This document shows positions 38,652-47,059 of a stretch of DNA of 57,897 bases, in pieces. Every line of letters begins with the position of its first letter. Position 1 is the stretch's first letter. The stretch comes from Candidatus Faecimonas intestinavium (GTDB lineage Bacteria; Bacillota_I; Bacilli_A; RF39; UBA660): positions 1-57,897 of the forward strand of contig DVKL01000013.1 in the NCBI GenBank assembly GCA_018716045.1, in the 5' to 3' direction. Position numbers and translations under genes: made by a program. Under the pieces are notes generated by a model, which ran no database searches, was not told where the DNA came from, and saw only the letters and a list, made by a program, of their open reading frames with translations.

Positions 38652-39671
38652 TTATACTTTCTCTTCTAAAATCCATTCTTGCAAATATTTTATTTCCGAA
38701 TGGCAATATTCGCACTTTCCCTTTGTAACATCTATTGATGCTCCACAATTTGCACATCTAATAATATTTTCTTTATTTCCTAAATTTAATAAGGTATTTT
38801 TATTTTGTTTCATAGTGTATGTCTGAGTTATTATCTTAGATTTTAATTTTTTGTTTTCATAAGTAACTATCCTTAAATCTGCCGTTACATCAACATATAA
38901 TACTCCATTTACTTCATAGTCTTTAAAATTGGTATAATCTAAAATATCATAGTCTATTATATTTTCCTTACTATAATATTTTTTCCTTATCTCATAATTT
39001 AGGTTATTAAAAAATGTTTTTTTGTTAATTTTAGTTCTTTGCCAAAATTCTATTTGTTTTTTATTTTCTTTATCTTTAAATTTCTTTATAGGAGATAAGA
39101 TTATATATGCATCTGCAATATAGAAAAAATAATATAAAATTAGAGAAAGAATAATACCATATATAAATATTTTTATAATATCATAGTTATTAAAAGTCCT
39201 TGAAGTAAGTTTTATAAAAATAAAGCTTATAATAATGCTAATAATAATATCTACAATTAGTGTTATTACTCTATAGATATTACTCTTTAGTACTCTATCA
39301 TAATGATATTTACTACCTAAGTCTTTCTCACTGTAATCCATATTATAATAAGTTTTACAATAAGGACAACCATCAATAAAATCCTTTAGTGGAGATTTCA
39401 TTCCACAATTAGGACATTCGTATTCTTCATTTATATTATTATCCATAATATATGTGTACTCTATTCTTGAATCAAATAACTTTTCTTTATGTGCTAATTT
39501 ATTATCTATATAATATTCTTTTTGGCAGCGGATTCCTCGCTCTATATTATCATTAACGGAATCATTAGTATTTCTTTCTAAGATTTTGTTTCCAACAATA
39601 TATTTCGTTCTTATATTGATTCCATATCTTTTTAATTTTTCTTTTTGATATGTTTCTGATATTAAGGCCAT
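38652..39671 (-). CDS. membrane protein with two zinc ribbons (CPNC..CPYC and CANC..CEYC) flanking 2 TM helices and a cytoplasmic beta-rich domain
   Basis: 339 aa, motifs read directly. AGAGGAA SD. Starts 6 nt after the upstream stop. Confidence 0.6.
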   Translation of the reverse strand: MALISETYQKEKLKRYGINIRTKYIVGNKILERNTNDSVNDNIERGIRCQKEYYIDNKLAHKEKLFDSRIEYTYIMDNNINEEYECPNCGMKSPLKDFIDGCPYCKTYYNMDYSEKDLGSKYHYDRVLKSNIYRVITLIVDIIISIIISFIFIKLTSRTFNNYDIIKIFIYGIILSLILYYFFYIADAYIILSPIKKFKDKENKKQIEFWQRTKINKKTFFNNLNYEIRKKYYSKENIIDYDILDYTNFKDYEVNGVLYVDVTADLRIVTYENKKLKSKIITQTYTMKQNKNTLLNLGNKENIIRCANCGASIDVTKGKCEYCHSEIKYLQEWILEEKV

Positions 39672-39677
39672 GTTCCT

Positions 39678-40031
39678 CTAGTTATTATTGTTATTGTTGT
39701 TATTATTGTTATTATTGTTGGAAGATGAACCACCGCTATAACTATAACTAGATGACGGTGTATAATGTGGAATCACACGTAAATAGTTTTCCTTCATAGT
39801 AAATCCATCAATTGAGGAATTAATACTTTTAGCAGCAATTACTGCTGTGACTGTAGTTCCAAGACATAAAGAAACTTTATCTGTCCCTCCAACGACAGTA
39901 CCCTCTGGGTTGGAAGACAAGAAGTAATATATTTGATTTAATTCTTCCATAGAAAAGTCGTAATAATTAGTTAAATCAATGCATCTTTTTTTTCTAATTA
40001 ATTCTTCATATGTTTCTGGTTCTTTATCCAT
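39678..40031 (-). CDS. 117-aa hypothetical protein with a Ser/Tyr/Gly-rich C-terminus ending in 13 consecutive Asn
   Basis: AAGGAG SD. The ATG overlaps the radical SAM stop (ATGGATAA). Sequence ...EGTVVGGTDKVSLCLGTTVTAVIAAK...HYTPSSSYSYSGGSSSN13. Confidence 0.6.
   Translation of the reverse strand: MDKEPETYEELIRKKRCIDLTNYYDFSMEELNQIYYFLSSNPEGTVVGGTDKVSLCLGTTVTAVIAAKSINSSIDGFTMKENYLRVIPHYTPSSSYSYSGGSSSNNNNNNNNNNNNN
39681..39719 (-). repeat. (AAY)13 trinucleotide tract encoding poly-Asn
   Basis: Plus strand gtt att att gtt att gtt gtt att att gtt att att gtt, directly before the stop codon. Confidence 0.9.
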
Positions 40032-41775
40032 TTTGATTCTCCTTATCTAAATAATAAAACTCTATATTTTGAAATGGTAGATTTATTGCTTGTATATGGT
40101 AATAGGCATTATTTTTTTGTTTCATATAATGATAATCTCTTAATGCTGTTGTTGTAAAAAATATGTTATTAGCATTTGTAAGAGATAAGTATTTTGAAAA
40201 TTTCTTTAGCCAACTACTAATATCATAAGAGTAGTATCCTTCTTTGTCGCTTGCTATTTCATCTAATACACCTTTATAAACCAACTCTGTTGCAATATGT
40301 CTTTGTTTTTCCCTATTCTCATCTCCGTAAGTCACTAAATTACCACTTAAAAGCATAATATATAGTGCATTATTTTCTGGATATTCACACTCTGCACTTA
40401 TTAACTCTTTTTTCATATAAATTATTACTTTATTCTCTGGCGTTAAATATATAAAATCCCTGTAGGATTTTTTTATTTGGGATGCTAATTGGTATTCTTT
40501 TTCATTCACTTTTAAAATAAAACTATTTTCGTCATATATATATTTTAACTTTTGATCTTTTTCAATTATATCTTCTAGAGATGGATAACTTTCTGTAGAT
40601 TTTGTTGGTCTAAAATTCTCTTTATTTTCTATTCTCATTTTTGTTATATATTCATAGACAAATTCTTCATTGTTTATGTCTTTTGGATAGTTTTTATCTT
40701 TGTATAATTCTTGTTGTAGTTTGCATGTATAACTTTTGCTACTGTTATAAATATTTTTTACAAATGGGCACCCCGTTTTGCACAAGTATAAATATCCACA
40801 GTTTTTACAATCCTCATTAAACGGTAGTTTGTTATGATTTATAAATATTTTATTAGATGCCGTTTTTAATATTTCTTCTACAGTATTTTTATATATATTA
40901 CCATAATAATAATCTTTTTGTTTCTGTCCTCTTACGCATGAGTAGATATCTCCGTTTCTTTCTAATAAAAAGAACTTTTCTCCACAATTATTACAATTAG
41001 TACAATATTCTGGTCCAAACTCATTAAACCAAGCTCCATTCACTCCGCTGTCTAAATTTGTTCCATCAAATTCTTGATGCATTCGTTTATAGAAATTCAC
41101 TTGTTCTTCTTCTGTCATTGGATGTAATAATCCATTTGAATTGTAAGAAAAACCTATCATAAAATTAAAATCATTCATATCTAAACATGTATTTTTGTCT
41201 AGGAACTTGATATCTTTTATAATTTCTTCGATATGTTGGTAATGTTCTTTAAAGATTGTTGACGATACTTTCTTTTTATTTGGTATATCTTTTAGTAGTT
41301 CTATATTTTCCAGTATTTTATCCAGTGTTTTTCGGTTCCCTTTTGTTACTCTATATTCGTTATGAAGGGAAAATGGTAAGTCTAGACTCCCAGATATGGA
41401 TACATTAAATTCTTTTATTGTATCTATGTGTTTTTTTAAATCATATAAGTTGGTTTTGATATGGGGAGTACCTACTTTGAAGCCGGCATCTGTAATAAGT
41501 TGCTTGTTTTTTTGATAATACTGACTAATATACTCAATGATATCATGAAAATCTTGCTTACTTAAAGTGGTTACTTCTCCTCCGTGTAAAGATATATTAA
41601 ATGGTATAACATTCGATTCCTTTAGTTTATTAATGGTGTATTCTAGAGTCCCTAACGTTGTATATTTTGTATATTCCTCTTTTGTATTATCTTCTAAATA
41701 GCAATATTTGCATTCCATGTTACAAGCCATGGTTGGGACATACAACAAATGTATATATTTATACTCTTCCTTCAC
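40024..41775 (-). CDS. radical SAM/SPASM-domain enzyme with an unassigned C-terminal extension of about 220 aa (583-593 aa)
   Basis: CNMECKYC (CxxxCxxC) near the N-terminus. SPASM-like CTNCNNCG...SCVRG...CKNCGYLYLCKTGCPF. GTG 41775 has a GGGGGA SD. The alternative GTG 41805 overlaps the upstream gene by 19 nt. Confidence 0.75.
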   Translation of the reverse strand: MKEEYKYIHLLYVPTMACNMECKYCYLEDNTKEEYTKYTTLGTLEYTINKLKESNVIPFNISLHGGEVTTLSKQDFHDIIEYISQYYQKNKQLITDAGFKVGTPHIKTNLYDLKKHIDTIKEFNVSISGSLDLPFSLHNEYRVTKGNRKTLDKILENIELLKDIPNKKKVSSTIFKEHYQHIEEIIKDIKFLDKNTCLDMNDFNFMIGFSYNSNGLLHPMTEEEQVNFYKRMHQEFDGTNLDSGVNGAWFNEFGPEYCTNCNNCGEKFFLLERNGDIYSCVRGQKQKDYYYGNIYKNTVEEILKTASNKIFINHNKLPFNEDCKNCGYLYLCKTGCPFVKNIYNSSKSYTCKLQQELYKDKNYPKDINNEEFVYEYITKMRIENKENFRPTKSTESYPSLEDIIEKDQKLKYIYDENSFILKVNEKEYQLASQIKKSYRDFIYLTPENKVIIYMKKELISAECEYPENNALYIMLLSGNLVTYGDENREKQRHIATELVYKGVLDEIASDKEGYYSYDISSWLKKFSKYLSLTNANNIFFTTTALRDYHYMKQKNNAYYHIQAINLPFQNIEFYYLDKENQNG

Positions 41776-41786
41776 TACTATTCCCC

Positions 41787-43097
41787 CTAATAATAATTGT
41801 TCCACGTATTTCCTGTATCACTATATTCATCATAGTAATATATTGATGTAGGACTATTTTTGAAAGCTCTTGAATTTATGTATGTCTGTTTTGGTACTCT
41901 TATTGATAAAAGACTAGAGCATTCTCTAAATGCTGATGAGCCAATTTCTTCAAGATTACTATTTTCTGTTATATTTACTTCTGATAATCGAGAAGCCCCA
42001 TAAAAGGCATGTCCACCTATTCTAGTAACTGAATCTGGTATATCTATTGATATTAGTGAACTACATTCTTCAAAGGTATTTCCTCTAATTTCTTGTAGGT
42101 TTTTAGATAGCTCAATATTTTCTAGTGAATATGCATTATAGAAAGTTTCTCCTCCCATATATGTTAAAGTATCTGGTAATTTAACTGACCTAAGTGAGGA
42201 ACAATTATAAAATGCACTTCCCCCAAGATATTCTAAGCTATTAGGAATGTTTATCTTTGTTAAACTAATATCATTTTTGAAGGCCTTTCCTCTAATCTCT
42301 GTAATACTATTAGGTAAGTTTACCTCTTCTAAAAATGGCATATTGGCAAATACATTTCCACGAATGCTTACAATTTCTTCGCCCTTATATGTTTCTGGTA
42401 TATTCACTGTTTTAAAATTAGTTAGACCGAATGTATAGAATCTAACTCCATAACCATTATCCATCTTTTCATAAAATGTAATTGGTCTAGCAAATATAAT
42501 TAGTGGCAATATTATTGCTGCTACAATACCTACTATAAATATTGGTTTTGTTTTGTTTGGAACAAATGTTGTTTGCACATTCATTATAATATTAGTTATC
42601 TTTTCTGATGGACGTTCTTGAATTTGTTTTTTTAAGTACTTTAACATATTATAATTTCTTGTGTATTTAAATAAAATTATTAATAAAACTAAACCTATTA
42701 AATATGTTAGTAATGGAAAATGAAAGAAAATCAGTATTATATATATAAACAATAATAACACAAATAAAATATTTAATATTTGTTTTCTTTTTAATAGGGA
42801 TGCAGGTATTACTTTGCTATTTTTATCTATTTGAAGTTTTGATAATTGTCTATTAATAAATTCTTCTAATAATTGTGATTCAGTTAGATTGTACATAGAA
42901 TCAAAATTAGCTTTAGTAACGATTTTTTTCTGGATAGGTGGATCTACTATTTCAGTATTTTGTGTTGAAGTGTTGCATGGTTGACCGCAATTTCCACAGA
43001 ATTTGTCGGTTACTTTAATATTTCCTCCACAATTTTTACATTTTAGATTTGTATCGGTTGTTGATTGATTGTTTACTGCAGACTGCTGGTTTATCAT
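41787..43097 (-). CDS. zinc-ribbon / 3-TM / BspA-type leucine-rich-repeat (LRR_5-like) protein
   Basis: N-terminal CKNCGG...CGNCGQ and three hydrophobic helices. About 8 repeats of the IPxSVTxIGxxAFxxCxxL type. AAAGGAG SD. Confidence 0.7.
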   Translation of the reverse strand: MINQQSAVNNQSTTDTNLKCKNCGGNIKVTDKFCGNCGQPCNTSTQNTEIVDPPIQKKIVTKANFDSMYNLTESQLLEEFINRQLSKLQIDKNSKVIPASLLKRKQILNILFVLLLFIYIILIFFHFPLLTYLIGLVLLIILFKYTRNYNMLKYLKKQIQERPSEKITNIIMNVQTTFVPNKTKPIFIVGIVAAIILPLIIFARPITFYEKMDNGYGVRFYTFGLTNFKTVNIPETYKGEEIVSIRGNVFANMPFLEEVNLPNSITEIRGKAFKNDISLTKINIPNSLEYLGGSAFYNCSSLRSVKLPDTLTYMGGETFYNAYSLENIELSKNLQEIRGNTFEECSSLISIDIPDSVTRIGGHAFYGASRLSEVNITENSNLEEIGSSAFRECSSLLSIRVPKQTYINSRAFKNSPTSIYYYDEYSDTGNTWNNYY

Positions 43098-43140
43098 ATA
43101 TTACTCCTTTTTTGATATACTACTATACTTTTATATCTTG

Positions 43141-43149
43141 ATTATAGCA
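43141..43149 (-). promoter_or_regulatory. extended -10 (TGcTATAAT) candidate promoter of the five-gene operon
   Basis: The minus strand reads tatgcTATAATcaag about 45 nt upstream of ATG 43097. The -35 is weak. Confidence 0.4.
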
Positions 43150-43180
43150 TAAATTTATTTGTTATTTTATTTTTTTCCAT

Positions 43181-43204
43181 AAAAAAAGCATTAATAAATA
43201 ATGC
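43181..43204 (-). terminator. terminator after the oxidoreductase gene, insulating it from the five-gene operon
   Basis: GCATTA-ataaa-TAATGC hairpin followed by T7 on the minus strand. Confidence 0.6.
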
Positions 43205-43205
43205 C

Positions 43206-44255
43206 TTATTTTAAACTTTTTAATTCTCCCATACGTGAAGTAGGTATAAATCCTGGCTCTGATGCAATTACATCTGGAATTCTATTTACTATTGTCGCAC
43301 AAGTAAGTTCTACTGTACTTGGCTTTTCAATTACCATCGTAGTATTTGGTTCACCATAAACTGTCCATTCATTTCTATCAAATTCATCTTTATTATATAC
43401 TTTTCCAATACACTCTGTTTCAAGAGTGATTCCTTCTTTTGTCTCAGTAGTAACAACAGCGCTCATTCCTGTTGCCATCCCTGCTTTTACAGTCATTCCT
43501 AATGTAGATGATTCAATGTCGTAATCATTGAATTGTGGTACACATTTTTGTCTTTGGCTTACTACGGTTAATCCTAATTTGTCACATAGCCAACCATTCA
43601 CATTCCACATGTATGATGGAGCATATTTACCACTTTCAATTACTTTCTGTCTTTCTTCATCTGATATTTCATCTGCACTAGCTACTTGAGAGGCGAACTC
43701 TTCTTTGGTCAATCCTGCTCCATGGGCTTTTGCTAAAGCTATTCCATAATCTTCTACATTATAGGAAGAACTACCTTTAATCTTTGTAATATTATGGCTT
43801 GCTCCTGTTAATGTTGTAATTAAATTTCCCCAGAATGCATCTTGATATCCACTACCAGTTATAGTACAGTTATTTTCTTTTGCAAGGTTATCAATTTCGC
43901 TAGTTAATGTTGGGTTAGAATTCATCGGATAAAATGCTTCCTCACAGGTAGTAATTGCATTTACTCCACATTTGGCACAAGTAAGTAGTGCTTCCTTAAC
44001 ATCTGCAAGTAAACTCATTGTTGTAACAATAACACAATCTGGTTTTAATTTTTTTAATAGTTCTTCTGCATGGTCTACATTTTCAACTATTACTCCAGTA
44101 TTTTCTCCCTTCATTATTTGTCCAATATCTTGGCCAATAACATCAGGATTAATATCTACAGCCCCTACGATTTCTCCACCATTTTCTATAACATAGCGCA
44201 TGGTGTATACGCTCATTTTTCCTACTCCATATTGAAAAATTCTTAATCCTTTCAT
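43206..44255 (-). CDS. NAD(P)-binding oxidoreductase, DapB-N-terminal / 2,4-diaminopentanoate dehydrogenase-like
   Basis: RIFQYGVGKMS Rossmann start, 349 aa. The overall resemblance is recalled and not searched. Confidence 0.5.
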   Translation of the reverse strand: MKGLRIFQYGVGKMSVYTMRYVIENGGEIVGAVDINPDVIGQDIGQIMKGENTGVIVENVDHAEELLKKLKPDCVIVTTMSLLADVKEALLTCAKCGVNAITTCEEAFYPMNSNPTLTSEIDNLAKENNCTITGSGYQDAFWGNLITTLTGASHNITKIKGSSSYNVEDYGIALAKAHGAGLTKEEFASQVASADEISDEERQKVIESGKYAPSYMWNVNGWLCDKLGLTVVSQRQKCVPQFNDYDIESSTLGMTVKAGMATGMSAVVTTETKEGITLETECIGKVYNKDEFDRNEWTVYGEPNTTMVIEKPSTVELTCATIVNRIPDVIASEPGFIPTSRMGELKSLK

Positions 44256-44313
44256 TTTTCCCTACCTTTCCTCTTTAGTATATCACTTAAGTATCATAAA
44301 GAATCACTTTGGA

Positions 44314-44340
44314 TAAAAAAATTACACCTTTTAGTGTAAC
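44314..44340 (-). terminator. terminator after the NUDIX genes
   Basis: TTACAC/GTGTAA stem followed by T7-8 on the minus strand. Confidence 0.55.
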
Positions 44341-44352
44341 TTTACATTTATA

Positions 44353-44949
44353 TTATTTTCTTTTTTTATTTATATATACTTTTATTAAATCTGGGTCATG
44401 TTGGTTTTTTGGCAGGCTATCTAATGAAAAAAACTTCATGTCTTTTGATTCATCGTCCCAGATTAACTCTCCAGAATATTTTTTGACTAGATATAATGCC
44501 GTATTATTTATCACAACATCTCCATTTGGATATTCTTTTTTTCTAGAAAGTCCTGAGATAATATCTAATAATTCTAAATCTTCCTCTTTTACTTCTAAAT
44601 TAGTTTCTTCTTTGATTTCTCTAATTATAACTTCTTGAAATCTTTCTCCAAGTTCTTGACATCCACCTGGTAATCCCCATCTATCATTATCTTTTCTACG
44701 TTGTAATAAAATCTCCCCTTGCAAATTTTCAATAATAGCTGCTGATCCATCCTGTAAAATTGGAATTTTATGTCGTAATTCCCCCATGCACATTCTTATA
44801 AATACAGGATAACCTATCACATTACTTAATTTTTTTATTTCTTCTGTGTTTAATCCATTTATTATGTTTTTCAATTTTTCATATGGCAAATTTCTTTTTT
44901 CTGCTTCGGTTAATTTTTTTATTTCTTCTATTATTTTTGTATTGTCCAT
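44353..44949 (-). CDS. NUDIX hydrolase (198 aa)
   Basis: Nudix box GGCQELGERFQEVIIREIKEETNL. Confidence 0.85.
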   Translation of the reverse strand: MDNTKIIEEIKKLTEAEKRNLPYEKLKNIINGLNTEEIKKLSNVIGYPVFIRMCMGELRHKIPILQDGSAAIIENLQGEILLQRRKDNDRWGLPGGCQELGERFQEVIIREIKEETNLEVKEEDLELLDIISGLSRKKEYPNGDVVINNTALYLVKKYSGELIWDDESKDMKFFSLDSLPKNQHDPDLIKVYINKKRK

Positions 44950-45011
44950 TATTTTTCATCTCCTGGGCTTGATTTTTAGATATTTCATAAATTATTATAG
45001 TTCTTTTTTAT

Positions 45012-45419
45012 TTAAATTAAATTTAAATCTTCTAACATTTTCTTGTGATCATAGGCTAACTCCATTGTCTTAATTTCTTCTGGCTTAAACCATCTAACTT
45101 CATCACATTCACTTATTGGTGTTGGTATTCCTTTTATGATTTTGCAAGTATGGGGTAAACAAATAAATGTTTTAGTTGGATGTCTTCCTATTTTATCATA
45201 GTATTTTCCAACAAATTTTATATTTCCAAGTTCCACACCTATTTCTTCTATCGCTTCTCTTTTTAACGCATCTTCTACTTCTTCTCCCCATTCTATAGCG
45301 CCAGCTATTAATCCCCAATAACCTGTATATGCGCCTGCAGTTCTGTGCATTAATAATATTTCTCCATTTTCATTTGTAATAATTCCATCTACTCCAACAT
45401 ACGGATGATCTTGCTTCAT
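45012..45419 (-). CDS. NUDIX hydrolase (135 aa)
   Basis: Nudix box GAIEWGEEVEDALKREAIEEIGV. Confidence 0.85.
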   Translation of the reverse strand: MKQDHPYVGVDGIITNENGEILLMHRTAGAYTGYWGLIAGAIEWGEEVEDALKREAIEEIGVELGNIKFVGKYYDKIGRHPTKTFICLPHTCKIIKGIPTPISECDEVRWFKPEEIKTMELAYDHKKMLEDLNLI

Positions 45420-45559
45420 TATATTCTCCTTTCTCGTTTTTATTTAATTCATTAATTAAATTATAACACATTTTTATCTTATTAGTTTTTATAATACACT
45501 TGCACGGACTAATATTAAGTGATACAATCAGTTATATTTTTAGTTAGAGGTATATTAGA

Positions 45560-46171
45560 ATGAAAAGATATAAACAAACTGAAATCGATTTGGTCGTTAA
45601 TGCCATTCTTGACGATGGTGTACTGAGTGTTCCTACTGATACTGTATATGGGATATGTGCTAGAGTTCATTCTCCAGAGGCTTTTAATAAACTAGTAGAA
45701 GTTAAGAATCGGCCATCTAATAAAAAATTCCCGGTTATGTGTAGTGATATAGAACAGATTAAAAGTATTGCAATCGTAGACGATAAAGCAGAAAGGCTAA
45801 TTAGAGCTTTTATGCCTGGTCCTATTACTTTAATTTTAAGAAAAAGGGCTGACGTTTTCACATATATTAATAACGGCGGTACAAAAGAAACTGATGAGCT
45901 TGCTATTAGAATGGCACCCTCTATATTTTTAAAGCAAGTAATCAATGGTGTAGGAAGTCCTTTGTTTATGACAAGTGCCAACCAAAGCGGTCAGGAAATA
46001 TGCAAAACTTTAGATGATATAGAAAGAACTTGTCCAGCTTTAGACGGAATGGTAGAAGGAGAAGTATCTCTTGGACAAGCAAGTACTATTGTAGATTGTA
46101 CTGGTGATACTATAAAAATACAAAGAAGAGGACCTATTTCAGAAGAAGAAATTATGCGTATTTTAAAATGA
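45560..46171 (+). CDS. YrdC/Sua5-domain protein (L-threonylcarbamoyladenylate synthase, TsaC/YwlC-like)
   Basis: LSVPTDTVYGI, KNRPSNKKFPV and FMPGPITLIL motifs, 203 aa. Confidence 0.8.
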   Translation: MKRYKQTEIDLVVNAILDDGVLSVPTDTVYGICARVHSPEAFNKLVEVKNRPSNKKFPVMCSDIEQIKSIAIVDDKAERLIRAFMPGPITLILRKRADVFTYINNGGTKETDELAIRMAPSIFLKQVINGVGSPLFMTSANQSGQEICKTLDDIERTCPALDGMVEGEVSLGQASTIVDCTGDTIKIQRRGPISEEEIMRILK

Positions 46172-46189
46172 CCACATTATTATAACAAC

Positions 46190-46228
46190 AAAAAGCAAAT
46201 AATCAAGTTTGGGATTATTTGCTTTTTT
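46190..46228. terminator. bidirectional terminator between convergent tsaC-like and HD genes
   Basis: 10-bp stem GCAAATAATC/GATTATTTGC with A5 upstream and T6 downstream. Confidence 0.75.
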
Positions 46229-46261
46229 ATTTTATTCGTTGCTATTTTCTAATTTTTAATC

Positions 46262-46870
46262 TTATTTATTGTTGCAATGCTTAAATATAGAATCATAGTC
46301 ACTTTTCCATTCAAACCCCCACTTTTCATATTGCGTTTTTAGAACTTCCTTGATTTCTTTATAAACAGGTAGTAATTTGGGAAATCCCTCGATTGCTTTA
46401 TCTGCATATGTTGCAAAAATTTCGTGATTCATAATAGGAGCATTTATTGTTAAAGGGTGAATCATCCCTTCTAGTTTATCACAAGCATTTACAAAGCGAG
46501 ACTCTTCTGTTGCTTTTTCTTTGTATTCTTTATAATACGTAGCAATAGAACTATAGTAAGTATTAGATAATTCTTTTATTTTTTCTATTTCGTAATTATC
46601 TTTACGTATATTTATTTTTTTGACGGTATTTTCTTTAATATCTACATCTTTCTCTAAATCCATTTCGCCAAAATCATGATAAATCGAAAGACTAATACAT
46701 TTTTGATAATCTAAATCTAAGTTTAACTCTTTATAAAAATAATCAACTATTAGTATTAATTTAAAAGTGTGTTCTGCGGTACTTTCACTAAAAAGAGGAT
46801 AATTTCCATATCTTTTTGTTTTTTGCAAATCGTTTACTTTAAATAAAAAGTCTAATTCCTTTGTTTTCAT
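46262..46870 (-). CDS. HD-domain phosphohydrolase (YfbR-like 5'-nucleotidase family)
   Basis: ESTAEHTF ... YHDFGEMD ... D pattern. Start at ATG 46870 (AAAGGAG SD). Confidence 0.7.
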   Translation of the reverse strand: MKTKELDFLFKVNDLQKTKRYGNYPLFSESTAEHTFKLILIVDYFYKELNLDLDYQKCISLSIYHDFGEMDLEKDVDIKENTVKKINIRKDNYEIEKIKELSNTYYSSIATYYKEYKEKATEESRFVNACDKLEGMIHPLTINAPIMNHEIFATYADKAIEGFPKLLPVYKEIKEVLKTQYEKWGFEWKSDYDSIFKHCNNK

Positions 46871-47029
46871 TCTATCTCCTTTTATTAATTTCATCTCTCT
46901 TGTTTACTATTATTATATTTCACATAATACTTCTGATATTATCATACTAATTTTTTAGTCATTAACAATATTTTATTCCATAATTATTCTTTTTCCTATT
47001 TATATCTTGCATCAATTATAGTAAACAAC

Positions 47030-47053
47030 AACTACTTTTAATAAAAAGTAGTT
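47030..47053 (-). terminator. hairpin after the 170-aa membrane protein gene
   Basis: 10-bp stem AACTACTTTT/AAAAGTAGTT with a 4-nt loop. The distal U-run is weak. Confidence 0.4.
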
Positions 47054-47059
47054 TGCAAA

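Noticed and set aside
38641-38757. N-terminal 39-aa extension of the NADAR ORF, overlapping the upstream gene by 106 nt
   Set aside because: The extension has no SD and overlaps the well-formed C-terminal zinc ribbon of the upstream gene. ATG 38640 has an AGGAG SD and gives a canonical NADAR N-terminus. Similar track extensions were trimmed for dinB-like, spo0A, yvcK, uvrA, ftsE, csp, mreB, tagO-like and other genes.
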